Shown: positions 40,269-53,777 of the stretch, piece by piece
Numbering within the stretch: the first letter of the stretch is position 1
How the letters are laid out: each line of letters opens with the position of its first letter
Source: Ramazzottius varieornatus
Taxonomy: Eukaryota > Animalia > Tardigrada
DNA length: 64,000 nt
Assembly (NCBI GenBank): GCA_001949185.1
Contig: BDGG01000005.1
Location: 744,001-808,000, forward strand
Reading direction: 5' to 3'
Position numbers and translations under genes: made by a program
The notes under the pieces: generated by a model
Seen by the model: only the letters and a program-made list of their open reading frames with translations
What the model was told of the DNA's origin: nothing
Databases searched by the model: none

Positions 40269-41454
40269 GGTCCAAATCTTAAAATAATTGTTCACGGATA
40301 AATGAATAACATTTGAGTATTTTCAACAAAGGACCCAGAGAAGCCAGGAGAACATCCCAAGAAGTTCCTGTCCTTCCATAAAGTGGGTACCGGTTACACT
40401 TACAAGGAACTGCAGGAGATGGGTTTGAAGTTTGCTCCACACATCCGCGCGGGTGCCAAACCGGCATGGTTGACTATCATTGGTGAGAAGGAGAAGCCCG
40501 ACGCTTACATCGAACCCGACAAGTCCTTCATCGTCAAAGTCAGCGCTGCTCAACTACTGGACTCCGCCAACTTTGCCACTGGCTGCACACGCCGCTTCCC
40601 ACGTCTGAAAGAATGCCGAACAGACAAACCCTGGTCAGCCCATGGTGGAATCATTTGAAGGTAAAATACTGATACGAGAATCTAGAATATAATTTTCAGA
40701 TATGAGTGTATGACGTTGTCGCAGCTCAAGTCGCAAAGTGGAGGCCGGCTGGGCGCCAAGTACGTCCCCGATGGTCACTTTAAGGAAGGCGGAAGTCCTA
40801 CAAAGAAGCAGAAGACTGCGGCACCTCGTATGGCTGTTGGTCGCTTGGCCGAACGCTTTCGAGCAGCCGATACTTCCGGTGTGGCGACCCAAGGAAACAT
40901 CTTCGCCGGTAAAGAATTCCACGTCGTCGGTAAGTGAAATGGAATGGAGGAAATTTTTTCCGTGGTTCCTGACTGTGTGATTTGGCGTTGTAGATGGGGA
41001 TAAAGCCCACTGTAAGCAGGACACGGAGAAGCTGATCGTGTCTTATGGTGGAACTGCCGTGCAAGATGTCTCACCGGGTAGGACATTCTGCGTTATTGCG
41101 AACAAGACGACCGTTCGAGTGGCCAACCTGATCAAGAGCAAGAGCTACGATGTGGTGTATCCTTCGTGGGTCCACGGTTGTGTTGCCGCCAAAGAAATCT
41201 TTCCATGGTAAGTCTGCAGTGTCCCCACCATCTCGTTTCTGTTTTCTCGTTATCCTGGTATCGGATAACTTTGTCATACTGTACTCGCATCGTTAACAGG
41301 TACCCGAAAGATTTGATGTTCGTACGAGAGCAGACTCAGAAGCTGATGGCAAGCGTTTTCGACAAGTACGGTGATAGCTTCACGGAGAACATCTCGGTAA
41401 ACGGTCTGGAAAGATTGCTGAATGAAATGGAACACAAGGTTTGGACCGGCTAAC

Positions 41455-41600
41455 TACTGTAATGCTTCATGAACTTGGCGAAGTGAGTCATCATACACGT
41501 GAAGTTGCACCCCGGTCGAGAACCATACCCACACAACCCGCTGAGGGATGTTTCACGCGTATGATGACTCTCTTCGCCAAGTTCATGAACCATTACAGTA
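41455..41600. mobile_element. TA-flanked MITE (Tc1/mariner-type derivative) in a LIG4 intron
   Basis: 49 bp arms TACTGTAATGCTTCATGAACTTGGCGAAGTGAGTCATCATACACGTGAA with only 3 mismatches. TA at both ends. Confidence 0.85.
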
Positions 41601-43207
41601 ATATACGAATATCGTGCAACCTTTAGTGAATACAGATCTTGTTGTTATTCTAAGTATTTAATTTGCAGAAAATCAGTCGAACAACGTTGGTAAATCTTGA
41701 AGAGCGGTATTTCGGCGAATCTCCTCTGCTTGGGCTTTCTCGAACTTACACGTGAGCCAACTTTATCAACGGATGGCTGTGCAGCCATCCGTTGATATGG
41801 CTAGAACCTTGTCGCTCATGTTCTTGAAGGGCGTACAGGTATTTCGACAAGTATGCTGAGATTGGAGACCCGATGGCCCTACAAAAACTGAGTGCCTGTA
41901 TGACTCTAGCGGAGGTCGAGTTCGTAGCCAGTGGTGGACTCGTGGTGGATAAGGTGGCTCCAGATGTCACCCACTTCGTCGTGGCCTCTTCTCAGTAAGT
42001 GCTCCTTGGGTTTCTCTTTTGATACCGCAAAGTTTAACTCGCCCATTCTTTTTCGTCGGGTTTCTAGACTGGCTCGACTGGAAGACATTAAGAAACTGAA
42101 CCATGATCAAACGGAGAAGTTTCACCTCGTTAGCGAAAAGCGGGTACTGAAGAGCGCCGAGCAGGGAATGATCTTGGAAGAACGAAGCTTTGCCCTGAAA
42201 ACAGAAGCTGAGAAGGAAAACTCCCTGTCTCTTCTCCTGGCCACAATTTTCCAGGTACATAGGACTGAAAATGAAAATTTTGTATTGTATCGTTTGTCGA
42301 GTCTTTTTTTCCGCTAAGAAAAAATCACATTAGATTGCTTTCACGTAGTAGATCTTATTCTGTTTTTTCGTCGGCTCATCTGAGAGAAACCTATTGTCTT
42401 CCATTTTTTTCACTGAACCATATGCCGTCTTTTCTTTCATCGACAGAGAGCCACATGATTTCCGAAGATGGTCTTTATTCAGCTGAGCCCTTGAGGCGGC
42501 TCAGACTGGATCAGAGTCAGTGGCGCCACTTCCGGTAGGGTACAGAAATAACTGAAGGCCAAAAGGTCAACCCTTACAGACACGAAAGAACTTTCATGCG
42601 TTTAAGTTTTCGTTTCCCCACATCGGGTGACTTGTTTGCGTACTTGTACCGTATTTTGCGTCCTCAGATTCTGGGGTTCTGCATACGCTGTAGTGCGAGA
42701 AATCAGCCGAGGGCAGAATGATGTGTGGCGCACCGTACAGTGCGTGCTACTGTATGGCTTCCGTCGGTTATGCCGGGTGAGTTCCTCGAAGAGTCAGTAC
42801 AGCGTCCTGACGCCTATGGGGGTTCCTGTGTACGTTCCCTGCCAGCCTGAGTTTCCGTCAAGTACAGCACTACAAGCATCAGTTTGGGCTTCTTTCACGC
42901 GGCAAAACACGCACTTCGTTTTCCGGAGTTTATTGTAGCTTATTGTCAACGTCAAAGGCACATGCCTGATGCCTTTCGGCTGCTTTCCTCCCAACAATGG
43001 CCGTGTGTCTCTTTCAGCAAGTTTGCCGAAGGAACCAGAGCCACGATTTTCTTTAGGGAGCTCTACTCGGAAAGAGAAGCTAGCGTAAATGATTTTCCGC
43101 TCTCGGATATCGCCTTTCCGTCGTTATAATTACTGTACACGCCTGCGGTTGGTACGCGGGTTCTGCTAATGATATCAATAGTGTTGGTATTTCGCTTCAT
43201 TTGAAGA

Positions 43208-46200
43208 ATGCGCGACTTGCCGGAGGAAAATCACAGCATCACTGGCTTGAGTGTTTCGCTGCATGGGTTTCACAAAGTAGAAGGTTCGAGTTCCTCTGAT
43301 ATGCCGGACAACGAGAAGAAGCTCACGCCGGACTCGGTTCCTGAGGACCCTCGTCACTTCCGTGAGATGGAAGACAAATGTCTCCTGTCCCATCTGGCTC
43401 TAACCAAGGAGTTCCAATCTCAAGGTACGCCTAAAACAAACATTTTATTCACCTCTTTTAAATTATGCTAAAATTCGGACGCCAGCAAATGACTCATATG
43501 ATCGTTTTCCTGGGTGGCGCCTACTTACAGCTGAAGACAACGGAAACATGCGCCACATGGGAGAACGATCACGTTTAATTCATCTAACAACCGTAATGTA
43601 TACACGTGTACTGGATGGACTCGGTATAAGGCTTATGTTTATTTAGTTAGTTAGGTCTTTGTCTTGTCCCTTGTGTTGACAAGTCCATTTCAAAATATTT
43701 TGATAAGAAACCGACAAAAAATTACTGTGTTATTTAAATGAATGTGTCATGTCACCACAATCACGATGCGCGTGGTAAACGTTTTGTGATGTCTCTTCTC
43801 GGAAAGCAGCTGGCTCTATGGAGCTTTCGCTCTTGACAGTTGGAAGACTGCGTCAAAAAGTCAATCCGCGCCAGGTCGGGGCCAGGCTGGATCCACCACT
43901 GCCGAGATTAAGCATATTATCCCGGACATCCGCTCTAGAACCCGTCAGGGAGTCACATTATTACGTCAACTTTTACTGTTGCCATTCGGCCGAGACTAAA
44001 TTACCTCTCGCCAAGAAGTGAGGTTTTCTCTCAGCGATTTGAAAACGCCTAGTTGGGAGATCTCTTTGGGGGAAAACTGAGTGACCCCTTTACATAGGCG
44101 GATTGTTCTCACACCAGAAGATACCATAGAAGATTCAATGTTTAAATTCGTGATCGATTGACAAACTGGCACTGATACATTAGCAAATGCCCGGAATTTT
44201 AGACATTAAAATCTGGCGCCTCGCTTGAGTCTTGTGGTCATAATGGGCTACCGAGTAATTGGGCGTGACTCTATTAGCTTCATTTAAGAGAAACTTTTAA
44301 GGGCGAGCAGAATACGCTTTAGCGAGGGGTGTAGTTCGATCACAATTTGTAATGGGTTCAATTATACTTGATCTTTTGCGCAGTCAGACACATGCATTGA
44401 CCATAACCTGTCTGACCTTGCCCTAAACTAATCACTAAAGAAAGGGTCAAACTGAAGACACGAAGGGGATTAAGGCTTTGAGTAGGAAAAGACTGTAGAC
44501 TGCCTGTGTCAGCATGTACTTCGGATAATGTTTTGTGCGAAACATTATTTTGAAACACCCAAAAAGAATAAAAGTGTCGAAGGCCAAAAATACCTCAGTC
44601 AACTCGGACGAAAAACTGCATTTTTTTCGAGATCTAATGATTGTTTAGGCAGAAAATGACGGCGTATTTCCGACCGATGGTTATCCTTGAAATAACCTCC
44701 TAGGCAAAGCAAAATGAAGCTTGTCGAAATGATAATCATAAGTATGATGATAATTATCGTGTCGTAATCATAATTTTTGCCCGCTGATTGGGAAATGATC
44801 GGCTGGTACGTAACAGGGTAAATGTAAAGGCGGCTACAATTCTGAGGTAGCAAAATCACTAGGGTCAAGCACGTGATGAGAATCGGTGACCATACCCACC
44901 GCGGGATAAAATCCGACGCCGTTCAAACCTGTCCCGTTGTAAGTCAACAGCTGACTTGTCCAGATCTCTGGAGAGCCGTTTCATGATTTGTATTGATCCT
45001 GCTTGCGATCTAATACGCTTTGATTCGGTCGTTTAGTACGCAAATGGAAAAAAGTTAAATGAAACCAGTGTGGGTCTTTAGCGGTTCAACTAAGCGTTTC
45101 CGGATCCGGTGGCGATGCAGGACCATCACCCACATGTCCCGTCACCATCATCCGAATAAGAACCTCTTCAAAAATACTCGTACTAGTGACACCTACCGTC
45201 TTGAGGGAAGATTTCTCCACAAGGTCAATACTTTATCCTACGGGAAATTGAGTTTAAGATTCGGCGTCTCGGACAATCTGCAATGATTCTTGTGGCTCGA
45301 CCTAGAGAGTACAGTACAGAGACCTCGAAACAAGGTTTCGTGAATAAACTTGACTTTCTTGATGTGTTGGCAGATGTCCCTTATTGTCCTGCTGAATGGA
45401 ACTCCGTCAGCTGCTGGCCTCCCACCTTTGCTGGCCTCCAGGCAGTTACTTCCTGCCCGTCGGATTACATGCACTTCGACCCAGGATGTAAGTACCAATC
45501 GCCAAGACCCTTGTAACAGAATCGGAGCAACTTTTGATGGTTCAGTAAATATTGAGTAAAGGCTGACACTTTCTTCCGTTTTACCGACAAGAAACTTTTC
45601 GTGGTATCGTGCGTTGCATTGGCGGATAACATGGGCAGTAACTGGATGCAGATTGGCAATAACTTGCTAAGGGCTATGATGCACTTTTACATTAATTGAC
45701 CTAATCATTTCGCAGAGATTCCGGTTCAGTCGGATTAAACATGACAGGGAACCTCGTGATCAATCTCAAACACATGCCTCGATCACTAATGTACTCGCCC
45801 CACGTCCCGCATGGAAAGCTCACGCAGTGACTGGAACGATTAATATTAGTGCGGTGGGAGAGGGGGTGGCTCCATTTTCGGCTATACCATTACGTGCCGG
45901 CCAATGCCCGCTTGAACTTAGTACCACGGAGTTCAAGAGATTCACAAATATTTGTTTTGATTTAGTATTCATGTGGAATACTATATCGTAAACTAGATGG
46001 TCGACTACCTATGACCAAGGTGAGAACCCATAAGTTTATAAATCTTCCTTTTCGCAAGATAAAGATTTAACGGGGTTCTTGAGGATCAAAAGGTTGGCCG
46101 CTCATTCTGCGGTCGTTCCGTTGATAAGACAGCCGTCAGTGTAAAGTGAGTAGAATGAGTTGGATGACATGTCGGTTGTGTAAAGCCCGTCTACCAAACA

Positions 46201-49165
46201 GAAGAGTGGTAGAAAATCTGTTCGCTTCTGTGTTGTTGCAATAAAGGCTGTACAAAGCTTTAGCTCTTCTCTGGCCTCCAAGAAGGGCTTTGGTTGAAGG
46301 CACCCGCAAGTGACAATGCTCATGTCAAGACAGATGTGTTCATGCATCAAAGATAGCCAAACAAATGGCTCCTGTCAGCGCAGATAGGCTCATGAGGGAC
46401 TCAAGGGGGGACATCCGGGTTGAATATCCCTGCCAAATCTTGTGTGATCCTTCAACCTTGAACGAAATTTAGCCTAATCGCTCTCAGCAGACATGCATGC
46501 CAATGAACCACGACCGAAAAGGAAAAGCCCGCAAATTCGAGGACCGAACAGCAAAATTTACATAATATCAGGAACCCAGAGTATCCTGTTACGCGAAGAC
46601 TTTGCTGTGCCAAAAAAGCGTTCTCCACACAAAGAAACGAATTTATGAAATCTAAATTCAAACTGAACAAATTCAAGTATAAGCCTATTATGGTTAGGAC
46701 GTGGACAAACTCATTAAGTTAAGCCAGATGGTTTTCCCAAGTGGCGCACACTTCGAGCAAACAGCAATGAATATAGGCGCCACTTGAGCTAACAATTTGG
46801 CCCCCGTCTCCATTGTATGAACGTTGATTTTTACCATTGTTTTTCCTGTAGATAATGCAGCACGCTCCTGTTATCTCAATGGGACATGGGCGATCCGCAG
46901 CGATTACGACGTCTGCTTGAACCATACTCTCGTTGACGATGGCTCCATGGCTGTAAGATCCGCCATATACAATTAAATACCCATTCAGATTCTCAAAGCG
47001 GTTCTATTCAAGCTACTTACAAGAACCATTGTTAATGGTTTCTCGCATTTACGCATTATGTAGGCAGAAGAGATGGCCCAGTTGGCTGAAATGGTTGTCT
47101 ACTACCTGGGCTACACCGCATCCTTCTTTTCCTGCTGCGTAGCCCTGTGGCTCTTCTTCTACTTCCGCACGCTCCACTGCCTGCGCAACACCCTTCACTG
47201 CAACCTCATTATCACATACATCCTCGTTAGTGTCACCTGGATTATAATGACCTCTGTGGTGGTCGTGGACCCAAGCACGGCTGAAGTTCGCCCCTACACC
47301 GTCACCGATGTAAAATTTGCAAAACTTTTGCCTTTGAGGTTTCCAACCCAATACACAACACATTTAACAAAAAAGCCACGATACATTAATTTTCTTTTGC
47401 TGTTACAATTTTTTTTAAAATACTGTGTGTCGGAAAATTCTTAGATACAATTTGAGAGGCCGGCAATGGAGTCGTGCAAGAACGTGACGCACTTTCTCAT
47501 GGCTGTTGACTGGACTTGTGCGTCACTTGTGACTGCCTTCTTGTTAGTTTCGTTTTCTGGCCTTCCATCTTAAGCGTTCATTCAGTAATGACTAATGACA
47601 TTATTACTGTGGTTGATCAAAAATCTGGTTTTCAATGTTTATGTTGCAGGAGATGTCCAGCCATCCTCTACCTGAGGGCTTTCTACCTATGGTCGATTTT
47701 GGAGTAGACTGTCGAGTTTTCGTCGGGATCTTCACGTTTTTCCAAGTAACGAACTTTTGCTGGATGTTGGTGGAGGGATTATATATAATCCTGATCATTT
47801 TCCGTACGCACAAGCTGGAACTACTCTGTTACTGGCCCTTTGCCGTCGTCGGCTGGGGTAAGTATTTCATTGCATAGGGACACTTCCTTCTACTGTAATT
47901 AGCTTCAGATATGCGTGGGAAGACCTTCCGCAAAAACGCCTTCCGGCCCTGCTTGTCCATATGACCTTCCTCGCTCGGTTTTTAATTTATCTTCCTCCTC
48001 CGCAGGATTGCCCATCCTGATCGTCGCTATATGGGTGCCGGTCAAGCTCAGTTACGATAACAGAGGATGTTGGCTCGATAGCGCATCGTCTTACAATTTT
48101 GTCTATATCGGACCAATACTTCTTGTGTTATTGGTAAGCGTAACATCCATCAGTCTTTCTTCCCGACCGCCGACCATTCCACAAAGGCATTACAAGGTCC
48201 TAACATTTGCAGATTAATGTCATCTTTCTGGTAACAATGTAAGTAGCAAACGGTTACGCCATCTGAGTTAGAACGTGGGCGGATTTATTGAACTAGGCTG
48301 TCATCCCAAGTGGCGCACGTCTCCAGTGTTGATGGCTGGAGAAGTGCGCCATTTCGGAGAACGATCTGGTTCAAATCATGTGCCCACGTCTCCTGTAGTC
48401 TTCAGGACGTCAACACCCCCTTGCAAGTAAGAATTTTGACAGGCTGCTGCTTTTTTTCTAGAATGTACGTTCTGCTGCGAAAGTACCGCGGAACGACAAC
48501 GGCAGCAGTTTCCACACAACGCACCGCCAAGAGCTTCTTCATATTGTTGCCACTGCTGGGCGTTACCTACGTCATCGTTCTGGTTCTTCCACAAGAAAAG
48601 ATTGCTCGCGCAGTCCTGAGAATCGTCACGGCGTTCTTCAGTTCTTTGCAAGGATTCTTCGTCTCCTTGCTGTACTGTTTCATGAACAACGAGGTACAAT
48701 CATATTGTTGTTCACATTCCGTGACACCACATAGAGTGATGTAACGGAATTCGCTAAAGTGTGGGACGTTACGGTCACTTCCCAGAAGGTCACACGATAT
48801 CAGAAGCGCACGCTCTCACGTGATTGCAGGTGCGCGCCATAATCCGTCTACGAGGAAACAGCTTTTTCCCGTATCGAACTTGGCTGAAACTAGATAGGTC
48901 CCAAAGCACACGCCGAAGCCATCGGACGCTATCCAGCTCAATTGCTATGAATGGATCAGTCAACACGGCGACCTTGGCAGCCGTACAACTGCCACCAGCC
49001 CTCTTTCGTTACCGTCAGCAGGAACATTTGCGTCGGCTACACATCAATACCGTCACGGCTAATCGCAACGAAATAGCGTACTTGATCAAGGAACAGGATT
49101 ACCAGGATCGCATCCAGAAGCAAATTCGCCATCAAGCCATGGGATATCGCTCAACAGTTTTCTAA
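43208..49165 (+). CDS. Class B (secretin-family) GPCR, CRF/DH44 receptor-like; 5' end uncertain
   Basis: Extracellular-domain exons CP.EW.SVSCWPPT (45374-45487) and RSC..NGTW...DY..C (46851-46952). TM motifs LHCLRNTLHCNL, NFCWMLVEGLY, LLPLLGVTY and SLQGFFVSLLYCFMNNEV. Confidence 0.9.
43477..43592. mobile_element. MITE family A copy (GPCR intron)
   Basis: GGACGCCAGCAAATGA...GATCGTTTTCCTGGGTGGCGC...TGCGCCACATGGGAGAACGATC. Confidence 0.65.
46697..46811. mobile_element. MITE family A copy (GPCR intron)
   Basis: GTTTTCCCAAGTGGCGCAC...GGCGCCACTTGAG...CCCGTCTCC. Confidence 0.7.
48270..48393. mobile_element. MITE family A copy (GPCR intron)
   Basis: GAACGTGGGC...CCCAAGTGGCGCAC...GTGCGCCATTTCGG...GCCCACGTCTCC. 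Confidence 0.75.
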
Positions 49166-49774
49166 GCAGCTTTTTTAAGAAAACCATCTTCCACTTTCAA
49201 AAATCCCCATACAGTATCGCTCTCCTACGCTTTTTGTATGGCTAGTATTTTTACTACTGCGAACTTTCAGTCACAAAAGGATATAGTACTTTCTTTCCGT
49301 CTATACGATCTGTCTAGACGATTCCACCTATTTTTCGATATTTCTATATTGTGCGGAACATGCGGAACATAAACCGTCTACTGACGCTAAATCACGGTAA
49401 GCAGTGACGTCGAACGACTCAGACCAATCCTGTTTTTACCTAAAGGAGAAAACAGGAACACTTGCTGTACACTACCAATGCATTGCCAAGCCGGAAGTGC
49501 GCTGTAAGTACGGTAGCTTTGAGCTTCGGGCTGTTGTTGACTCGAACAAAGCGAGGTTGCCGAGCATCAGCTGGTATCAACGACTGCAGACCACTTCCCT
49601 CCTTCAGCATTTGACAGCTTCGGATCCTGTATCGTACAAAACAGAACCATTGGCCTTCTTCGCGCAAACTCTCCCTTCCTTAATCAACCGCAAGCTAAAC
49701 TACCAGATTAACCAGATTTTTGTGCTGTGATTCGAGGGCTCCTGTAGGAAACGCGAACTCAGCTCGTGTTTGTG

Positions 49775-51858
49775 ATGGCAGACGATGGGAAAACGGAAGT
49801 TTTGTATTACTCGGAGGTCGAGAGTTACATCGAGAACCTCCAGCGGTTTCCTTTAAACGAGATCGGCACTCTAAAGTACGTAATGACTTTCCTACACTGA
49901 TTGGATATCGTACGCTGAACCGGAAGGTTCGCTTCTGTTGTAGGTGGTTCGGTCAACATGAGATGCTCGAAAAGCTCAACTTACAGGCCTTGCTTGAAGC
50001 CAAAGAACACCGGGAAGAAGTAGTTTCGGAGCGGTTCCAGTTCTTCGACAAGGTCACTTTGGGTACCTCGAAATAGTTATCTAATGATAAACCCGAAATG
50101 ACTGGACCAACTCAGGCTGTGGTTACTAACTGGGTTACTTCCCTTCACAGATGACGATGCTTGTGGACGTCCTCGTCAGCCAGGACGTATGGTCTGACAA
50201 GGTGTTCCCACACGTACTGTCGCAAATGAAGAGAGCGACCCAGGCCTTTCCGACTTACATGGTGGTAAGCGAGGCAGGAGACCCTTCCCCGCCAACGACA
50301 TGAAAATACACACGGTATTATTAAGCCTTCAATTTCCGTCAGTCAACTTTTTCCAGGTCTTTCACACCGTGACAGTGGCTAGCCTGCTGGAGACCTTGAC
50401 GTATCGTGAGCCTTTTTGCCAAGCCCTGGAAGACTGCACGCTTGATTTAATCGACTGGTGCCATTCGTGCATAGGCGATCAAATTCTCAGGTATACTGAA
50501 CCCCTTTTGTCAAACATGATATGAAATGAGACGTGGGTAAGTAAGGTGAACCAGATCAGTATCTCAAGTGGCGCACGTTTTCAGTGTTATCGGCTGAAAG
50601 TGTGCATCACTTGGGAAAACGGTTCGGTTCAAGTCATCTGCCCGCTTTCCAAACCACGCACTTGGTAGAACATGTTTTTTCTAGGAGAGACGAGGAGGCT
50701 TTCACGAAACGCATTTTCAGGCGACACTCACAAGGAGCTGCATCGTTAGACGAAGGACCTCTCACCCTAAAAGCACAAAAAGAAGACATCGACGTCATAC
50801 TCAGTGTCAAAGCTGTAGGGATATTAGGCCACCTTATCCAGCATGCTTCGGTCCTTTCACTCAGCGCTCTCACGCGGATGGTGGACCACCACGACTTACC
50901 CATTCTGCTAGCTGGTTTGCTGGACAACAATCCTTGGACCATCCGCAACGGCAAACAGACCTTCAAGTTCGTCAACGGGGAGTGGCGGTTGATCGATACG
51001 GAGGACTACTTCCTGCTGACACAAACCGAGGGCCAGCTGTGGATCGCCCTCCATCAGATTCTTCTCCATCCTGAATTCATACCAAAATATTACTTGAACG
51101 AATTTCGAAAGAACCGGCTGCTGCGAATGCAATCATTGTTGAATGAAGCGCTACTGGATCAACTTCCGGCTCTGGCGGACCTTCAGCGATACCTGCATAC
51201 TCTGACTTTCATGCAGACGCCCATGCCGAAGAAAGGGCTCATAATCGAACAGGTACTGTACGTAATACTGTTTCCACCGTTGCACACACCTTGACCATCA
51301 TTCAGCCATCTTGAGCGCCATCTGTGCTTGTAGACTCCGTTCATACGCGAAAGGCTGCTGCGTTCCGGCGACGAGATGAAATGGAAGACCCTGGCCAGTT
51401 CCTACGTCCAGTCCATTCTTTCCGACGAAGGAATGCTGAAAAATATCGCACAAAGGTGTGTTACAATAACACCATCTCAGTCATGACCTGACCTCGGTAA
51501 ACAAGCTCGACAAGACCATCGTGCCAAGTGGCACACTCCTTCAGTCAACAACACCAAAAAAGTGCGCCACCTGGGAAGCCAGTCGTATCGAGCGTGTGCC
51601 GAGGTTCCACTTACTTCCTGTTGCCGACACCTGGGCCATTGCGTTAATTTTTCCAGGATGGCCAGTGTCTACACGGCAGACAACATGGACAACGTCCTGC
51701 CAGAGAAGGCAAAGTGTGCCCGCTGTGGTTATCCGGCCAAACAGCGCTGTTCTGGCTGCAAAATGGAATGGTACTGTCGACGTCAGTGCCAAGTTCAGCA
51801 ATGGCCAAAACACAAGAAGGTTTGCTCGCAGATGTCAGCTGTTACCGATACAGCCTAA
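49775..51858 (+). CDS. ZMYND10: Zinc finger MYND domain protein 10 (dynein arm assembly factor)
   Basis: WFGQHEMLEKLNLQA, DLIDWCH, HDLPILL..LL..NPW, EGQLWIAL, LLDQLP.LADL and the MYND finger CARC..AKQRCSGCK.EWYC.RQCQVQQWPKHKKVC. Confidence 0.93.
50528..50650. mobile_element. MITE family A copy (ZMYND10 intron)
   Basis: GAGACGTGGG...CTCAAGTGGCGCAC...GTGCATCACTTGGGAAAACG...TCATCTGCCCGC. Confidence 0.75.
51490..51608. mobile_element. MITE family A copy (ZMYND10 intron)
   Basis: ACCTCGGTAAACAAGCTCGAC...CCAAGTGGCACAC...GTGCGCCACCTGGG...TCGAGCGTGTGCCGAGGT. Confidence 0.75.
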
Positions 51859-52119
51859 AAAACGCTTTCTGGTCTGTGCCGAAGTCGCGCTTTTAACAGC
51901 AGTAGTAACAAAACATAGACCGTCAGTTCCGGCCTACAGACAAAAGAAGACTCGTGTAACGTTGGTCGGTGAAGTACTCGTACAGTAACAAAAAGTAACA
52001 ATAATAAAGATTACGTGCCAGTATAGGAGGAAACCATACTTAACCAGTGTGAAATATCCTAGCACAGTCAAAACAAAAAGTTATCGGGCACAGGTAGCGA
52101 AACTACAAAGCTAAGAGGG

Positions 52120-53777
52120 CTAGTGGCTCATGGGTTGTAAGTTGGGACGATAGGTGCGATGACTGCTGCGGAAACGTTAAGCCATAGTTATGTAGGCCGT
52201 GCTACAATGCTGCACTCGAAGTGGTTCCACTGAGAAGAAACCTCTCAATAACTGTAAAAAAGAAAATCTTATCGAGAATTCTAACCTCAAAATCCCAAGA
52301 AAACTTACCGGCTACTTCCACCACTGCTTCGACCACCGCCACCTCCATATCCGCCGCCGCCGCCACCACCACCGCTATATCCTCCACGGCCTCCTCCACC
52401 GCCACCGCTACCTCCTCCCGAGCGACAGTCACGAGAAATGTGTCCTGACAATAGAGACAAATATGCTAACAGTTTCCTTTTGCTTCCAACTGAAGAACCG
52501 CGAACTTACCGGGTCGGCCGCAGTTATAACAGCTTCGGTCTCCGCCACCGCCGCCTCCTCCACCACGGCCTCCTCCATAGCTACCGCCGCCACCGCTTCC
52601 CCCATATCCACCACCGCCGCTACGACCTCCGTAACTTCCACCCCCATAGCCTGAAACCCAACCAAAGAAGCTATGACAATGAGAAGCCAAAATTGGTAGG
52701 AAAGATGGGAGGAACTCACCACCGCCACGACCTCCTGAGCTTCTTCCGCTGGAGTCGCGAGGTTTGGCCCAAGCCACGCGAATATTACCTCCGTGTAAAT
52801 CACTAAAAACTAATCATGTGAATATTTCGAACTGAAAAATAACTCAAAACGGAACAGAAAACTACACTGCGAGCGCGGTAAGCAGACTCGACCAGTTCGT
52901 ATTTCCAAGTGGCGAAGTTTGTTTGCCTTGGTCCCAGATAAGCACAATTTCAAAAAACTCTTTTCTGCTAAATTGAACAGACAGTTCAACGTTTGTTACC
53001 TGTCATTGAGGTTGGAGATGCAGTCTTCAGCTTCCTCTTGCGACGAAAGGACGATGAATCCGAAACGAGGAGGGTCTTGGCTCATCCACATCTCCTTTAC
53101 GCTGCCATACTTTCCGAAAGCAGTCTTGACTTCGTCCTCCGTTATTCCTTCATCTATCAAAGCAAACAGGTTACATGTCCCATTATCAAAGTACTTGTTC
53201 TTCTACTGTATCTGTTTTTGCGAGCTGAGCTGACTTATGCCGGCGACGTGCAATCTGTAACCTCCTGCAACAGAAGAAACTCGTTATATGATATTTTTTT
53301 ACGAAGAATTCACAGTGAGTTTACTTACCGGATTTCTCGTCCATGTGGGCGTAGCCGAGCGGACTGCGAACACAACAATGCAAGGATCTGATACACTGGG
53401 CTTCAGGTTGGCTTCTCGAGTTCCACCATGACTGGACAGAATCGATGTCACGCAACGCTGAAGGGTACTGAATGATAACGAGAGTGAGCAACCACAACCA
53501 CGATGAGCGCATAAGTTGAACACAGGAAGGAATGCACGGGAAGAGAGACACTGGCCGGTACTTGATCGTTCGCGGTGTACAACTGACATGTCTGTGCGTT
53601 TCTTCACAACTGTCTTCGTATGTAACCATCGGACGGCTTTCGCAGCCATGAAAACTGAGACACTTACGGACGACTACGGCCTCCGCTGTCACCACCTCCC
53701 GAACGGTATCCTCCACCGCCTCCTCCTCGTCCTCCAGATCGGTATCCACCATCAGGGCTTCGATCGCGATCTCCCAT
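52120..53777 (-). CDS. Glycine-rich RNA-binding protein: RGG segment, SRSF3/7-type RRM, Gly/Tyr-rich region, CCHC knuckle
   Basis: Spliced model: MGDRDRSPDGGYRSGGRGG..., YRLHVAGI, AFGKYGSVKEMWMSQDPPRFGFI, CYNCGRPG|HISRDC. The last exon and stop are ambiguous. Confidence 0.82.

Larger units (their letters stand above)
38010..42317 (+). pseudogene. LIG4: DNA ligase IV, degenerate or catalytically dead copy
   Basis: RLLLP..DRDR.AYGMKE, KWLIRIILKD, PMLA, KVKPEY, RFPR and two BRCT domains identify LIG4. Motif I reads EITYDG (K>T at 39026-39028) and motif IV reads EDS instead of EEG. A TG|A stop forms at the 40633/40700 junction, and intron 39674-39842 has a phase mismatch. Confidence 0.8.

Noticed and set aside
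52199-52806. Long His-, Ala/Thr- and Val-rich ORFs in alternative frames
   Set aside because: They are by-products of GGN glycine codon runs in the RNA-binding protein gene.
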